Shown here: in pieces, positions 19,863 through 29,751 of the stretch
Layout of the letters: every line of letters begins with the position of its first letter
Position numbering within the stretch: position 1 is the stretch's first letter
Assembly (NCBI GenBank): GCA_020025425.1
Contig: JAHHSD010000004.1
Location: forward strand, 1,940 to 65,939
DNA from: Oscillospiraceae bacterium
Lineage (GTDB): Bacteria; Bacillota; Clostridia; Oscillospirales; Oscillospiraceae
Direction of reading: 5' to 3'
Length of the DNA stretch: 64,000 nucleotides
Notes under the pieces: generated by a model
Seen by the model: the letters and a program-made list of their open reading frames with translations, nothing else
Databases searched by the model: none
Told to the model about the DNA's origin: nothing
Made by a program: the position numbers and the translations under genes

Positions 19863-21122
19863 TTAGGCCTGAGGGGCGTCCACACCCTCAACGTTGTAGT
19901 TCATGGAGCCCTTGATGACGCCGTCCTCCACGGAGCCCTCGCCGGCAGCCACGATGACGTTGCCCTGGTTGTCCTTCAGGTCGGCGTCGGTCTTGATGAT
20001 CTCGACCTTACCGTCGTCGCCCACCTTGTAGGACAGCTTCACGCCGGAGAACACGTCCCAGTCACCGGAGACGATCAGCTCACGGACAGCGTCCATGATC
20101 TCCTCAGTGTTGGGGGCGGCCACGATGGTGTTCAGGGGAGAGGCGTCCACGAAGTTCTCAGCCAGACCGGCGTAGTAGGCGTTGCCGCCCATCTTCTCCA
20201 CGAACTTGGAGGCGTCGCCGGCGCAGTCCATAGCGGCCTGGATGGCGGTCTGATAGTAGACGTCCCAGTGCCAGATGGCGGCGGTCAGGTGGTTGTTGGG
20301 GGCCTGCTCGGTCATATCGGAGTTGTAGCCGCAGCCGAAGATGTTGTTCTCGGCGGCAACCAGCTGGGGCTGAGCGGAGTCGCAGTGCTGAGCGATGACG
20401 CCCACGTTGTAGGTGTCCACCAGGGCCTGGGCAGCCTGGCGCTCCAGGTTCTCATCGCCCCAGGTAGAGATCTTGTTGACGTGAACAACGGCGTCGGGGT
20501 TGGCGGACTGGGCGCCCAGAGTGAAGGCGTTGATGCCGGAGCAGGTCTCGGCGTACTCGGTGTTCCAGGCGGCCACATAGCCGATGTAGTTGTTGCCCAT
20601 CTCCAGGCTCTTGAGCCCGGCGGCCACGCCGGTCAGGTAGCGGGCCTGATAGATGCGGCCGAAGTAGTTGTTGAAGTTGGTGTCGTTGGCCTTGAAGCCG
20701 GTGCCGTGGGAGAAGATGATCTCGGGATACTCCTCAGCCTTGTCGGCCATGGCGTCGATGTAGCCGAAGGAGATGCCGAAGATGATGTCGGCGCCCTGGC
20801 CGGCCAGGGTGTCGATGGCGTTGGCAATGGCGGTGTCGTCGTCATCCTTGACATTGTCCACGACCAGCAGCTGCTTGTCCACGTCCAGACCCAGGTTCTT
20901 CATGGCAGTGGTGATGCCGGTGTGGTGCTGGAAGGTGTAGCCGGCCACGTCGGACTGGCTGGTGATATAGATGGCGCCGACCTTGAAGTCGTCGTCAGCC
21001 ACAGGGGTGGAGCCGGCAGGGGGATTGCTGCTGGCGGAGCCCTCAGGAGCATCCTTGGGGCCGCAGGCGGCCAGAGACAGGGCCATGACGCCGGCCAGGA
21101 TCATTGCAAGAAACTTTTTCAT
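19863..21122 (-). CDS. BMP family ABC substrate-binding lipoprotein (nucleoside binding)
   Basis: Lipobox LAAC; IIFGISFGY, YQARYLTG, INAFTLGA, AQHCDS motifs. Confidence 0.9.
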   Translation of the reverse strand: MKKFLAMILAGVMALSLAACGPKDAPEGSASSNPPAGSTPVADDDFKVGAIYITSQSDVAGYTFQHHTGITTAMKNLGLDVDKQLLVVDNVKDDDDTAIANAIDTLAGQGADIIFGISFGYIDAMADKAEEYPEIIFSHGTGFKANDTNFNNYFGRIYQARYLTGVAAGLKSLEMGNNYIGYVAAWNTEYAETCSGINAFTLGAQSANPDAVVHVNKISTWGDENLERQAAQALVDTYNVGVIAQHCDSAQPQLVAAENNIFGCGYNSDMTEQAPNNHLTAAIWHWDVYYQTAIQAAMDCAGDASKFVEKMGGNAYYAGLAENFVDASPLNTIVAAPNTEEIMDAVRELIVSGDWDVFSGVKLSYKVGDDGKVEIIKTDADLKDNQGNVIVAAGEGSVEDGVIKGSMNYNVEGVDAPQA

Positions 21123-21186
21123 TTTGATTGTTGTCCTCCTCATATGTAGATGGATCACTACAATATATTAAAACCGCATTGCGGCT

Positions 21187-21762
21187 TTAATCCACAAATT
21201 TCACCCCGTGCTCCTCGTCCATGGACTGGACGCGGGCCAGGGACTCGATGCGGTAGCCCTTTTTGCGCAGCATGTCGCCGCCGGGCTGGAAGGCCTTCTC
21301 CACACAGATGCCGGCGCCCACCAGCTGGGCGCCCGCCTGATCGATCACATCGAACAGGCCCTCCAGGGCCGCGCCGTTGGCCAGGAAGTCGTCAATGACC
21401 AGCACCTTGTCGCTGGGACCCAGGAACTCCTTGGCCACCATGATGTCGTACACCCGGCCGTGGGTAAAGGAGGTCACCTTGGATGTATAGACATCACCAG
21501 CAATGTTTTTGGTCTGGCTCTTCTTGGCAAAGATCACCGGACAATCAAAAAACTGCGCCGTGATACATGCGATGCCGATGCCGGAGGCCTCAATCGTCAG
21601 AATCTTGTTCACGTCGCAGTCCGCAAAAAGGCGTTTGAACTCCTTGCCGATCTCGGCGAAGAGCTTCACGTCCATCTGGTGGTTCAGGAAGCTGTCCACT
21701 TTCAAAATATCGGTCCCCTTGACCTTGCCGTCTCGGAGAATGCGCTGCTCCAACAGCTTCAT
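21187..21762 (-). CDS. xpt: Xanthine phosphoribosyltransferase
   Basis: LKVDSFLNHQ, TIEASGI, VIDDFLANG, EKAFQ. Confidence 0.95.
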   Translation of the reverse strand: MKLLEQRILRDGKVKGTDILKVDSFLNHQMDVKLFAEIGKEFKRLFADCDVNKILTIEASGIGIACITAQFFDCPVIFAKKSQTKNIAGDVYTSKVTSFTHGRVYDIMVAKEFLGPSDKVLVIDDFLANGAALEGLFDVIDQAGAQLVGAGICVEKAFQPGGDMLRKKGYRIESLARVQSMDEEHGVKFVD

Positions 21763-21908
21763 ATTCTTCCCATCCTTTTTCTTCAGAATCAGTTTACTTC
21801 CATTGTACCGAATCCCGGTCCGATACACAACACATTTTATCGGTTTATTTCCCCAAACCTTCCTTAAAAAAATGTCATATTTTAACCAAAATGGACAAAG
21901 GCTTCCGA

Positions 21909-22526
21909 TCAGGTCCAAAAAGGCCCCTTTTCCTTCCAATTAGGGTCTTTTCTGGCTGGCAGTCCATTGACGATCAGCTGCTCGGCCAGGCCCGCCATTT
22001 CCTCGGGGCCCTCAGCCATATCTCCCTCCACCCAGGCCCGCACCAGGCCCAGCGCCCCTGATACCACAAACTCCAGGCAGTAGTTGGGTCTGGTCCGGCC
22101 CGCGCTGCCCAGATCGTACAGCCCGTTCCACTCTCTGAGATATTTCCCATAGATCAGCCGGCGCAGCTCCTGGAAAAAGGGCTCTCCCTGCTGATGGCCG
22201 ATCATGGTCAGGCACAGCTCCCGGTTCTCCCACACAAATGAAAATACATCTCTGAGGATGGGGGAGAGATTGCCCTGCATCTCCTCAGGGGTGTGGGCCT
22301 CCAGCACCTGGGACAGCTGCTGGAACAGCTCGTGCTCCACCTGCTCCAGCATGTCCTCCAGGTCCTTGTAGTGGGCGTAAAAGGTCCCTCTGTTCACATC
22401 AGCCAGCTCAGTCAGCTCCCGGACCGTGATCTCCCGAAGCTCCTTTTCCCGCATCAGCGTCACCAGCGCCTGCTGGAGCTGTCTGCGGGTGCGCCGCACC
22501 CGGCGATCCTGCTCATGTTGTACCAA
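21909..22526 (-). CDS. TetR/AcrR family transcriptional regulator
   Basis: DRRVRRTR...ITVRELTELADVNRGTFYAHYKD HTH; TTG start with SD gaaggag. Confidence 0.9.
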   Translation of the reverse strand: MVQHEQDRRVRRTRRQLQQALVTLMREKELREITVRELTELADVNRGTFYAHYKDLEDMLEQVEHELFQQLSQVLEAHTPEEMQGNLSPILRDVFSFVWENRELCLTMIGHQQGEPFFQELRRLIYGKYLREWNGLYDLGSAGRTRPNYCLEFVVSGALGLVRAWVEGDMAEGPEEMAGLAEQLIVNGLPARKDPNWKEKGPFWT

Positions 22527-22717
22527 AACCTAAGTCTCCTTCAAAAATTTACATTTTCTTCACACGATATCCGACACTAACACACTGAGTGTTGCATTAC
22601 AGACGAAACATCCTCTTTTTGACTCTTGTATCCCAGGTCGATCTAACTATAATATAAAATGATAGAATAATCAACGGATGTTTGTTAAAGAACAGTCCGT
22701 CCACAGGAGGGCCCGTT

Positions 22718-23419
22718 ATGGCATATATCTCACTCAAGGACGTGGTCAAGCGCTACCGGATGGGTGAAGTCACCATCACCGCTGCCGACCACATCACATT
22801 TGATATCGACAAAGGGGAATTTGTCATCATTGTGGGCCCGTCCGGTGCGGGCAAAACCACGGTGCTGAACATCCTGGGCGGCATGGACGCCTGTGACGAG
22901 GGCACCATCTCGGTGGACGGCAGGCTGGTCAGCGAGTACAACAGCCGTCAGCTCACCACCTACCGCCGCTACGACATCGGCTTTGTGTTCCAGTTCTACA
23001 ACCTGGTGCAGAACCTGACCGCCCTGGAGAACGTGGAGCTGGCCGCCCAGATCTGCAAGGAGCCCCTGGACGCCGGGGACGTGCTGCGCCATGTGGGCCT
23101 GGGGGAGCGGCTTGGAAACTTCCCCGCCCAGCTGTCCGGCGGCGAGCAGCAGCGGGTGGCCATCGCCCGGGCCCTGGCCAAAAACCCCAAGCTGCTGCTG
23201 TGCGACGAGCCCACCGGCGCCCTGGACTACATCACCGGCAAATCCATCCTGAAGCTGCTCCAGGACACCTGCCGCCAGCACGGCATGACCGTGGTGGTCA
23301 TCACCCACAACACCGCCATTGCCCCCATGGCCGACAAGGTCATCCATGTGAAGAACGGCCGGGTGGATTCCATCGAGCGAAACCAGCGGCCCACGCCGGT
23401 GGAGGAGATCGAGTGGTAA
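22718..23419 (+). CDS. ABC transporter ATP-binding protein (LolD/MacB type)
   Basis: [40 protein letters not shown]. Confidence 0.92.
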   Translation: MAYISLKDVVKRYRMGEVTITAADHITFDIDKGEFVIIVGPSGAGKTTVLNILGGMDACDEGTISVDGRLVSEYNSRQLTTYRRYDIGFVFQFYNLVQNLTALENVELAAQICKEPLDAGDVLRHVGLGERLGNFPAQLSGGEQQRVAIARALAKNPKLLLCDEPTGALDYITGKSILKLLQDTCRQHGMTVVVITHNTAIAPMADKVIHVKNGRVDSIERNQRPTPVEEIEW

Positions 23420-23505
23420 CAGCCGCTCCACGACCCGGCAGTCAATGATATTTTGTATAATAGAAGATAGATATTCCAATTTGTACTGAGAAAAGAGGGA
23501 CCACC

Positions 23506-26500
23506 ATGGCAAAAACCAGGCGGAAAGCCCCGAACCGGCTTTTGACCGACGCCTTTCGCGAAATCAAAAATACCCGGAGCCGCTTCATTTCCCTGATGGT
23601 ACTCTCCGCACTGGCCGTCTGCTTTCTGGCTGGTCTGCGGGCCACCGCTCCGGATATGAAACAGTCAGCCGACCTGTATTTCGATCAGCAGAAGCTGATG
23701 GATCTGCGGGTGGCCTCCACTCTGGGTCTGACTGAGCAGGACGCTGAGGCCCTGGCCGCCCAGGACGGGGTGGAGACCCTGGAGCGGGCCTACACGGTGG
23801 ACGCTGCCTACCACCAGACAGAAAACGACTACATCCTCAAGGTGCTGTCCTATACCGGTGACACCGGACTCAATCTCCCCAAGCTGGTGGAGGGCCGGAT
23901 GCCGGAAAATGACCAGGAATGCCTGGTGGAGCCCAGGCTCCTGCATGATACCGGCCTGGCCATCGGGGACACTCTGACCCTGGACACCGGAACGGGGATG
24001 TTTGAGGGCGCCCTCAAATATGACAGCTACACCATCGTGGGCACCGCCAATTCTCCCCTCTATGTGGGGATCGAGCGGGGCTCCTCTTCCCTGGGCACCG
24101 GCCAGGTGGCCGCCTTTGTTGTGCTGCCCATCGGGGCCTTTGCCATGGACTGCTACACCGATTTCTACCTCCAGGTGGAGGGCACCCAGGAGCTGCTGTG
24201 TTACAGCAGCCGCTACAAGGACCGCATGGACCGGTTCAAGGATGATCTGAAGTCCTTTGCCGACCAGCGGGCCAAGCTCCGCGGGGAAGAGGTGGTGGAC
24301 GAGGCCAACCAGAAGATCGCTGACGCGGAGCAGGAGCTGGCCGACGCGGAGACCAAGGCCAATCAGAAGCTGACCGACGCCTGGGCTGAGCTCCAGGACG
24401 GGCGCCGAGAGCTGGACAGCGGCTGGAGAAAATACCGGAACGGTCAGCAGGAGCTGAGCGACAAGGTGATGGAGGCCAGTCAGGAGATCGGCAGTGCGGA
24501 ACAGGAGCTGGCCGATGCTCTGGCAAATCTCCAGACCGGGGAGCTGGAGCTGAAGGACGGCTGGAAGGAATACTATGACGGCTTGGCCAAGTACTACGAC
24601 GGCCTAGAGGAGTACAACAACGGCCGCGGCGAATACGACAACGGCCTGAGAGAATATGAGGAAGGGTTAAAGAAGTACGAGGACGGCAAGAAGAAGCTGG
24701 ACGAGGGCTGGCGGCAGTACAACCAGGGCTCCGCGGACCTGGATGCCGGCGCCCAGCAGCTGGAGGCCGGCCGGCAGCAGCTCCAGCAGCAGGAGGACGC
24801 CTTCAACGCCACTGTGGGCGGACTTGCCGGTGGTATGGGCATGACCAATGACCAGCTGATCGGGGCCCTCCAGAGTAATCAGGGTGGCATCCGTGATCAG
24901 ATCGACGCACAGGCCCCCGGAACCTCTGCCGGCATTTTGGCCGGCCACGACGCCATCCAGGCGGGCCGCCAGGAGCTGGCCCAGGGCGAGGCCGCCCTCA
25001 ACTCGGGCGCCAGCGAGCTGTCCGGCGCCTGGCAGCAGCTGAACCAGTCCCAGAAGGAGCTGGAGAAAGCCAAAAAGGAGCTGGATGACGCCAAGAAAGA
25101 GCTGGACGAGGCCAAAGAGGAGCTGGCCAAGGCCGAGCAGGAGCTGAGCGACGCCAAAAAGGAGCTGGACGACGCCAAGCAGGAGCTGGTGGACGGCGAG
25201 CAGGAGCTGAAGGACGGCTGGCAGAAGTACAACGACGGCCTGGTGGAGCTGGCCGACGCCAGGGAGACCCTGAAAACGGAGACCTCCGACGCCAGACGCA
25301 AGCTGAACGACGCCCTGGTGGAGCTCAACGACGGCGAGGCGGAGTACACCGACGGCCTGGCCGAGTACGAGAGCGGCAAGCAGGAGGCCCAGCAGGAGAT
25401 TGCCGACGCCCACAAGAAGCTGGAGCAGGCCCGCCGGGATGTGGCTGACATTGAGGCCTGCGAATGGTACCTGCTGGACCGGAACACCAATATGGGCTAC
25501 ATGAGCTACTCCATGGACGCCGACCGCATGGGCAATCTGGCCGGGGTTTTCCCCCTGATTTTCTTCCTGGTGGCCGCTCTGGTCTGCCTGACCACCATGA
25601 CCCGCATGGTGGAGGAGCAGCGGGTGGCCATCGGCGGGCTGAAGGCTTTGGGCTACTCCAAGGGGGCCATCGCCATCAAATATGTGGGCTACGGCTTCCT
25701 GGCCAGCGCCATCGGTGCGCTGATTGGACTGGCCGTGGGTCTGACCCTGCTGCCCTGGATCATCTGCAACGCCTGGAACATCATTTACAGTCTGGGCGAG
25801 ATCCAATACGGCCTGGAGCCCGTCACCTCCATCATCGCCGTGCTGGCGGCGGTGGGAACCGTAACCATCTCCGCTCTGGCCGCCTGCTTCTCCACCCTGA
25901 CGTCCGTTCCCGCCCAGCTGATGCGGCCCAAGGCCCCCCGGGCGGGCCGGCGGGTCCTGCTGGAGCGGCTGCCCTTCCTCTGGAAGCGGCTGTCCTTCAA
26001 CCACAAGATCACCACCCGGAATCTGTTCCGCTATAAGCGGCGGTTCTGGATGACCGTCATCGGCATCGGCGGCTGTGCCGCCCTGATCGTCACCGCCTTC
26101 GGCCTGCGCGGCTCCATTTTCGATGTGATGGACCGGCAGTACAGCGAGATCTACGCCTACACCGCCGAGGTGGGCCTGGTGGACAAGGTGACCCCCGGCG
26201 AGATGCGGGAGGTGGCCGACGTCCTGGACCGCAGCGAGCTGGTGGAAGCCTGGATGGCCTGCCGCCACGAAATGGTCACCGCCGAGACGGACACCTACAC
26301 CGTGGACGGATTCCTCCGTGTGGTCCCCGGCCAGGAGGCCCTCTCCGACTTTGTGAACCTGCGCCACCGCAAGGACGATGTCCCGGTGGTCCTGCCCGAT
26401 GACGGGGTAGTGCTCACCGAGAAGCTGGCCTCCCTGCTGGACGTGGGCCCGGGTGACACCCTCACCCTGGACGGGGAGAAGCGGGTGGAGGTCCGTGTGG

Positions 26501-27126
26501 CCGACGTCACCGAGCACTACATCCACCACTACATCTACATGACAGAAAACTACTATCGCACCGTCTTCGGGACGGCAAGCGCGGACAATCTGATCCTGGC
26601 CGACTTCCCCACCGACTCCGGCGAGGCCGACGCCCTGGAGCGAAAGCTGGTCTCCCTGGACGGTGTCACCTCCCTGTCCCGCATTGTGGACACCCGAAAG
26701 ACCTTCACCTCCAGCCTGGAGAGTGTGGACTACGCCGTGGTCCTCATTATCGTGTGCGCCGCCGCCCTGGCCTTCGTCGTCCTCTACAACCTGACCAACA
26801 TCAACATCACCGAGCGGATGCGGGAGCTGGCCACGCTGAAGGTGCTGGGCTTCTACGACGGCGAGCTGTCGGCCTACGTCTACCGGGAAAACGTGATCCT
26901 CACCTTCTTCGGTGTGGCCATGGGTATGCTGATGGGGAAGCTGCTGCACCGATGGCTGGTGCTGACGGTGGAGATCGACCTGCTGATGTTCGGCCGGGAC
27001 CTGTCCCTGAGCAGCTATGGCTACGCCATCATCCTGACCATCCTCTTCTCCCTGGTGGTCAACCTGTCCGCCCACCAGAAGCTGAAAAAACTGGATATGG
27101 TGGAATCCATGAAGAGTGTGGAGTGA
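23506..27126 (+). CDS. FtsX-like ABC permease with long extracellular coiled coil
   Basis: 1206 aa; FFLVAALVCLTTMTRMVEEQR and LYNLTNINITERMRELATLKVLG FtsX motifs; heptad-rich insert. Confidence 0.9.
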   Translation: MAKTRRKAPNRLLTDAFREIKNTRSRFISLMVLSALAVCFLAGLRATAPDMKQSADLYFDQQKLMDLRVASTLGLTEQDAEALAAQDGVETLERAYTVDAAYHQTENDYILKVLSYTGDTGLNLPKLVEGRMPENDQECLVEPRLLHDTGLAIGDTLTLDTGTGMFEGALKYDSYTIVGTANSPLYVGIERGSSSLGTGQVAAFVVLPIGAFAMDCYTDFYLQVEGTQELLCYSSRYKDRMDRFKDDLKSFADQRAKLRGEEVVDEANQKIADAEQELADAETKANQKLTDAWAELQDGRRELDSGWRKYRNGQQELSDKVMEASQEIGSAEQELADALANLQTGELELKDGWKEYYDGLAKYYDGLEEYNNGRGEYDNGLREYEEGLKKYEDGKKKLDEGWRQYNQGSADLDAGAQQLEAGRQQLQQQEDAFNATVGGLAGGMGMTNDQLIGALQSNQGGIRDQIDAQAPGTSAGILAGHDAIQAGRQELAQGEAALNSGASELSGAWQQLNQSQKELEKAKKELDDAKKELDEAKEELAKAEQELSDAKKELDDAKQELVDGEQELKDGWQKYNDGLVELADARETLKTETSDARRKLNDALVELNDGEAEYTDGLAEYESGKQEAQQEIADAHKKLEQARRDVADIEACEWYLLDRNTNMGYMSYSMDADRMGNLAGVFPLIFFLVAALVCLTTMTRMVEEQRVAIGGLKALGYSKGAIAIKYVGYGFLASAIGALIGLAVGLTLLPWIICNAWNIIYSLGEIQYGLEPVTSIIAVLAAVGTVTISALAACFSTLTSVPAQLMRPKAPRAGRRVLLERLPFLWKRLSFNHKITTRNLFRYKRRFWMTVIGIGGCAALIVTAFGLRGSIFDVMDRQYSEIYAYTAEVGLVDKVTPGEMREVADVLDRSELVEAWMACRHEMVTAETDTYTVDGFLRVVPGQEALSDFVNLRHRKDDVPVVLPDDGVVLTEKLASLLDVGPGDTLTLDGEKRVEVRVADVTEHYIHHYIYMTENYYRTVFGTASADNLILADFPTDSGEADALERKLVSLDGVTSLSRIVDTRKTFTSSLESVDYAVVLIIVCAAALAFVVLYNLTNINITERMRELATLKVLGFYDGELSAYVYRENVILTFFGVAMGMLMGKLLHRWLVLTVEIDLLMFGRDLSLSSYGYAIILTILFSLVVNLSAHQKLKKLDMVESMKSVE
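25048..25215 (+). repeat. Eight imperfect 21-bp tandem units encoding AKKELDD-type heptads
   Basis: Units such as gccaaaaaggagctggatgac and gccaagaaagagctggacgag in register. Confidence 0.8.
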
Positions 27127-27172
27127 TCTTTGGCAAACCTCCGGAATTGGTGCAGAACCTTCCAAACCATAT

Positions 27173-27202
27173 GAAAAAGGCCGCCTTTCGGCGGCCTTTT
27201 TC
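27173..27202. terminator. Bidirectional terminator
   Basis: gaaaaaggccgcc-tttc-ggcggcctttttc. Confidence 0.85.
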
Positions 27203-27346
27203 GACAATCTGAATGGGAACAGCCAGGGAAGATCCAAGCTCCTGCCTGCTCCAGGTACCCAAGGGTCTGACACACACACAGACCAGACCGGACGATGACC
27301 GTGGGGCGCCCCGATAGGGGCCAATCCCATTCAGCAGACAGCAGAC

Positions 27347-27757
27347 TCAGACATTGGACTGCGCCTTCAGCTCCTTGTTCATCTGGATCATGTTGACACC
27401 CACCAGTGCAGGGAGGGCGCAGATCAGTGTAGTGGCGTTGCTTCTGACAGAGACGTTGGCAGAGAACATGAAGAACATGAAGGATGCAAAGAAAGCCACA
27501 CAGGCCACAATGTCCAGCACACCAACAGCAAGCAGGGACTTCTTTTTCAGAATGGCCAGCAGGCTGATGACGCCCACCACCAGGCTGCCCACGGAGGTCA
27601 GCACGTCACAGATCACGGCGGACAGATAGACGTTGTTGCCCAGCACCTTCAGTTCCCCGTAGGTGGACAGGGTTGAAAGGACGGAGAAAGAACGGATCAG
27701 TCCCAGTACGATCAGGACAACGGCCAGGATTTTGGTGATTTTGCCAGCGTTTTTCAT
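27347..27757 (-). CDS. Hypothetical membrane protein (about 4 TM)
   Basis: 136 aa with hydrophobic segments; SD gaggag upstream. Confidence 0.7.
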   Translation of the reverse strand: MKNAGKITKILAVVLIVLGLIRSFSVLSTLSTYGELKVLGNNVYLSAVICDVLTSVGSLVVGVISLLAILKKKSLLAVGVLDIVACVAFFASFMFFMFSANVSVRSNATTLICALPALVGVNMIQMNKELKAQSNV

Positions 27758-28159
27758 TGGAAATATTCTCCTCTCGATTTATGATGGTTGAGAGTATAAC
27801 AAAGTTACAGGCCGTTGACAACCATTTCTCGACAAAATCATGCACATTTTCCCATCCCCCCAAAAAAACTGGTCTTTTTCCGGCTCAAATGACCAAAAAA
27901 GTCTTTCTCCCGCTTCCCTCTCACCCCTTGCAAAACGGGAAATCGGCGGCATTTGAGCCTATGCGAGGCGGCCCCCGCTCCCCCGGAGCTCTCTCTGCCC
28001 CGGCTTCAGGCTCTGGCTTTCCAAAAAATTTTCAACAGGCTCATACAATATTATTTCAAAAATAGACCCGGACAGAATGGTAAATTCCGTCGATTGACTG
28101 TATACTATTTGACCTGTCTCGGACAGTGGTACCGACTTAAAACTGGAGGAATCAAAATT

Positions 28160-28399
28160 ATGGTAAACACATTCAGCTTCATTTTATTCATGCTCTCACT
28201 CTACTCCCTGGCGGCCTTTTTGATCCTTCTGGTCATCGGCCTGATGCGCCGCCGTCCACTGAAGCGGAAGCTGCTGGGCATTGGGATCTCGGTGGTCATG
28301 CTGGCGATTTCCTTTACTCTATTCAGCCTGACCGCCGAGCCGGCTGAGGGCCAGGGGGACTGCTCCGCTGTGCCGCCCGCATCGTCTCAGCCCGCCTGA
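28160..28399 (+). CDS. Small hypothetical membrane protein (2 TM)
   Basis: SD ggagga then ATG 28160; MVNTFSFILF...; followed by terminator. Confidence 0.65.
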   Translation: MVNTFSFILFMLSLYSLAAFLILLVIGLMRRRPLKRKLLGIGISVVMLAISFTLFSLTAEPAEGQGDCSAVPPASSQPA

Positions 28400-28423
28400 A
28401 CATATAATGTTGGAGAAAAATTG

Positions 28424-28460
28424 GGGACGCCCGGTGCTCTGCGCCGGGCGTCCTTTTTTT
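28424..28460 (+). terminator. Intrinsic terminator
   Basis: ggacgcccgg...ccgggcgtcc followed by T run. Confidence 0.8.
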
Positions 28461-28532
28461 CCACCGCCCTGTGGAAAATCCTCTTTCCGGGTGTGAAACG
28501 GAAAATCCGGGCGTCCAGCCCCCCTCTTGCCG

Positions 28533-28561
28533 TTGCCTTTTTTCTGCTTTGGTGCTAAAAT
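28533..28561 (+). promoter_or_regulatory. SigA-type promoter of the cell-wall locus
   Basis: TTGCCT-17 nt-TAAAAT with TG extension. Confidence 0.55.
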
Positions 28562-28630
28562 AAGATATTCTGAGGGTATACTGAACTACAAGGCTTGTAC
28601 CGCATAAAAAGAGACAGAGGGGGCCCCGCC

Positions 28631-29695
28631 ATGCGCAAACTCATCGTCAAAAAAGCAGCTGTAAAAAATAACATCAAGGTCATCAAGGAGCGCTCAGGGA
28701 GCGCCGCCATCTACGCCGTCCTCAATGGGAACGGCGGCGGCACCGGGATCACCCAGATGGCCGAGCTGCTGCGTAGCGAGGGGATCAGCCGCTTCGCCGT
28801 CAACGAGGTGAACGAGGCCCAGGCCCTGCGCCGAGCCGGCTTTGTGGACGAGGAGATCCTGATGCTCCGCTCCACCACCGACCGGGAGGAGCTGGAGCAG
28901 CTGGTGGACCTGAACGTGGTGTGTACCATCTCCTCGGTGGACACCGGCATGGCCCTCAACGCGCTGGCGGAGAACCGCTCCACCGTGGCGGCGGCCCACA
29001 TCCAGGTGGATACCGGCATGGGCTTCGGCGGCTTCCTGGTCACCGAGCCGGAGAAGATCCTGCTGGCCTACCGCTCTCTGCCCAAGGTGGCCCTGGAGGG
29101 CATCTATACCCAGATCCACGCCGCCCCCCGGCGGGACGACACCGAGACCCAGATGGCCCAGTTCCAGCAGGTGCTCAAGGCCATCCAGGACGCCGGGTTC
29201 GAGACCGGCATCGTCCACGCCGCCGGGTCCTACGCCCTGATGCACCGGGATCTGACCCGGCTGGACGCGGTGCGCGCCGGTTCGGTGCTGCTAGGCCGCT
29301 GCCGCCGGACCGACGATGACGGCCTGAGCGTGGTGGGCTCCGGAGAGGTGGATATCTCCGAGGTGCGCTGGCTGCCCAAGGGCCACACCGTGGGCGCCGA
29401 CCGGCCCGCCGTGCTGAAAAAGCCCACCCGGGTGGCGGTGCTCCCCGTGGGCTATCAGAACGGCTTCGGAGTGGAGCGCCCCCGGGACCCCGGCCTCTGG
29501 GCTATGATGCGCCGCTGGCAGAAGCAGCGCCACGCCTGCGTCTATATCGGCGGACAGCGGACCCGGGTGATTGGCTACATCGGCGCCATCGAGACGGTGG
29601 TGGACGTCACGGATATCAAGTGCTCCGCCGGCGATACTGCCAGCTTTGAGATAGATCCCATGTTTGCCCGCGGCTTTGTCATCGAGTACCGGTGA
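28631..29695 (+). CDS. Alanine racemase-fold protein with degenerate active site
   Basis: Alr layout (VDTGMG, AVRAG, VLPVGY..G) but AVLNGNGGGTG replaces AVVKANAYGHG and TVGAD replaces VGYG. Confidence 0.8.
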   Translation: MRKLIVKKAAVKNNIKVIKERSGSAAIYAVLNGNGGGTGITQMAELLRSEGISRFAVNEVNEAQALRRAGFVDEEILMLRSTTDREELEQLVDLNVVCTISSVDTGMALNALAENRSTVAAAHIQVDTGMGFGGFLVTEPEKILLAYRSLPKVALEGIYTQIHAAPRRDDTETQMAQFQQVLKAIQDAGFETGIVHAAGSYALMHRDLTRLDAVRAGSVLLGRCRRTDDDGLSVVGSGEVDISEVRWLPKGHTVGADRPAVLKKPTRVAVLPVGYQNGFGVERPRDPGLWAMMRRWQKQRHACVYIGGQRTRVIGYIGAIETVVDVTDIKCSAGDTASFEIDPMFARGFVIEYR

Positions 29696-29751
29696 CCGCC
29701 GCGCCTACGGACATAAAATTTTGACAATATCAAGGGAGTCCTTACAACACT

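Noticed and set aside
21763..21908. Purine riboswitch upstream of xpt
   Set aside because: No TTTCTACC core and the leader appears very short
22579..22593. aacac-N5-gtgtt palindrome as the TetR operator
   Set aside because: Plausible position but too short to support without comparative data
25048..25215. Tandem repeats as a CRISPR array
   Set aside because: No spacers; in-frame coding heptads; no cas genes
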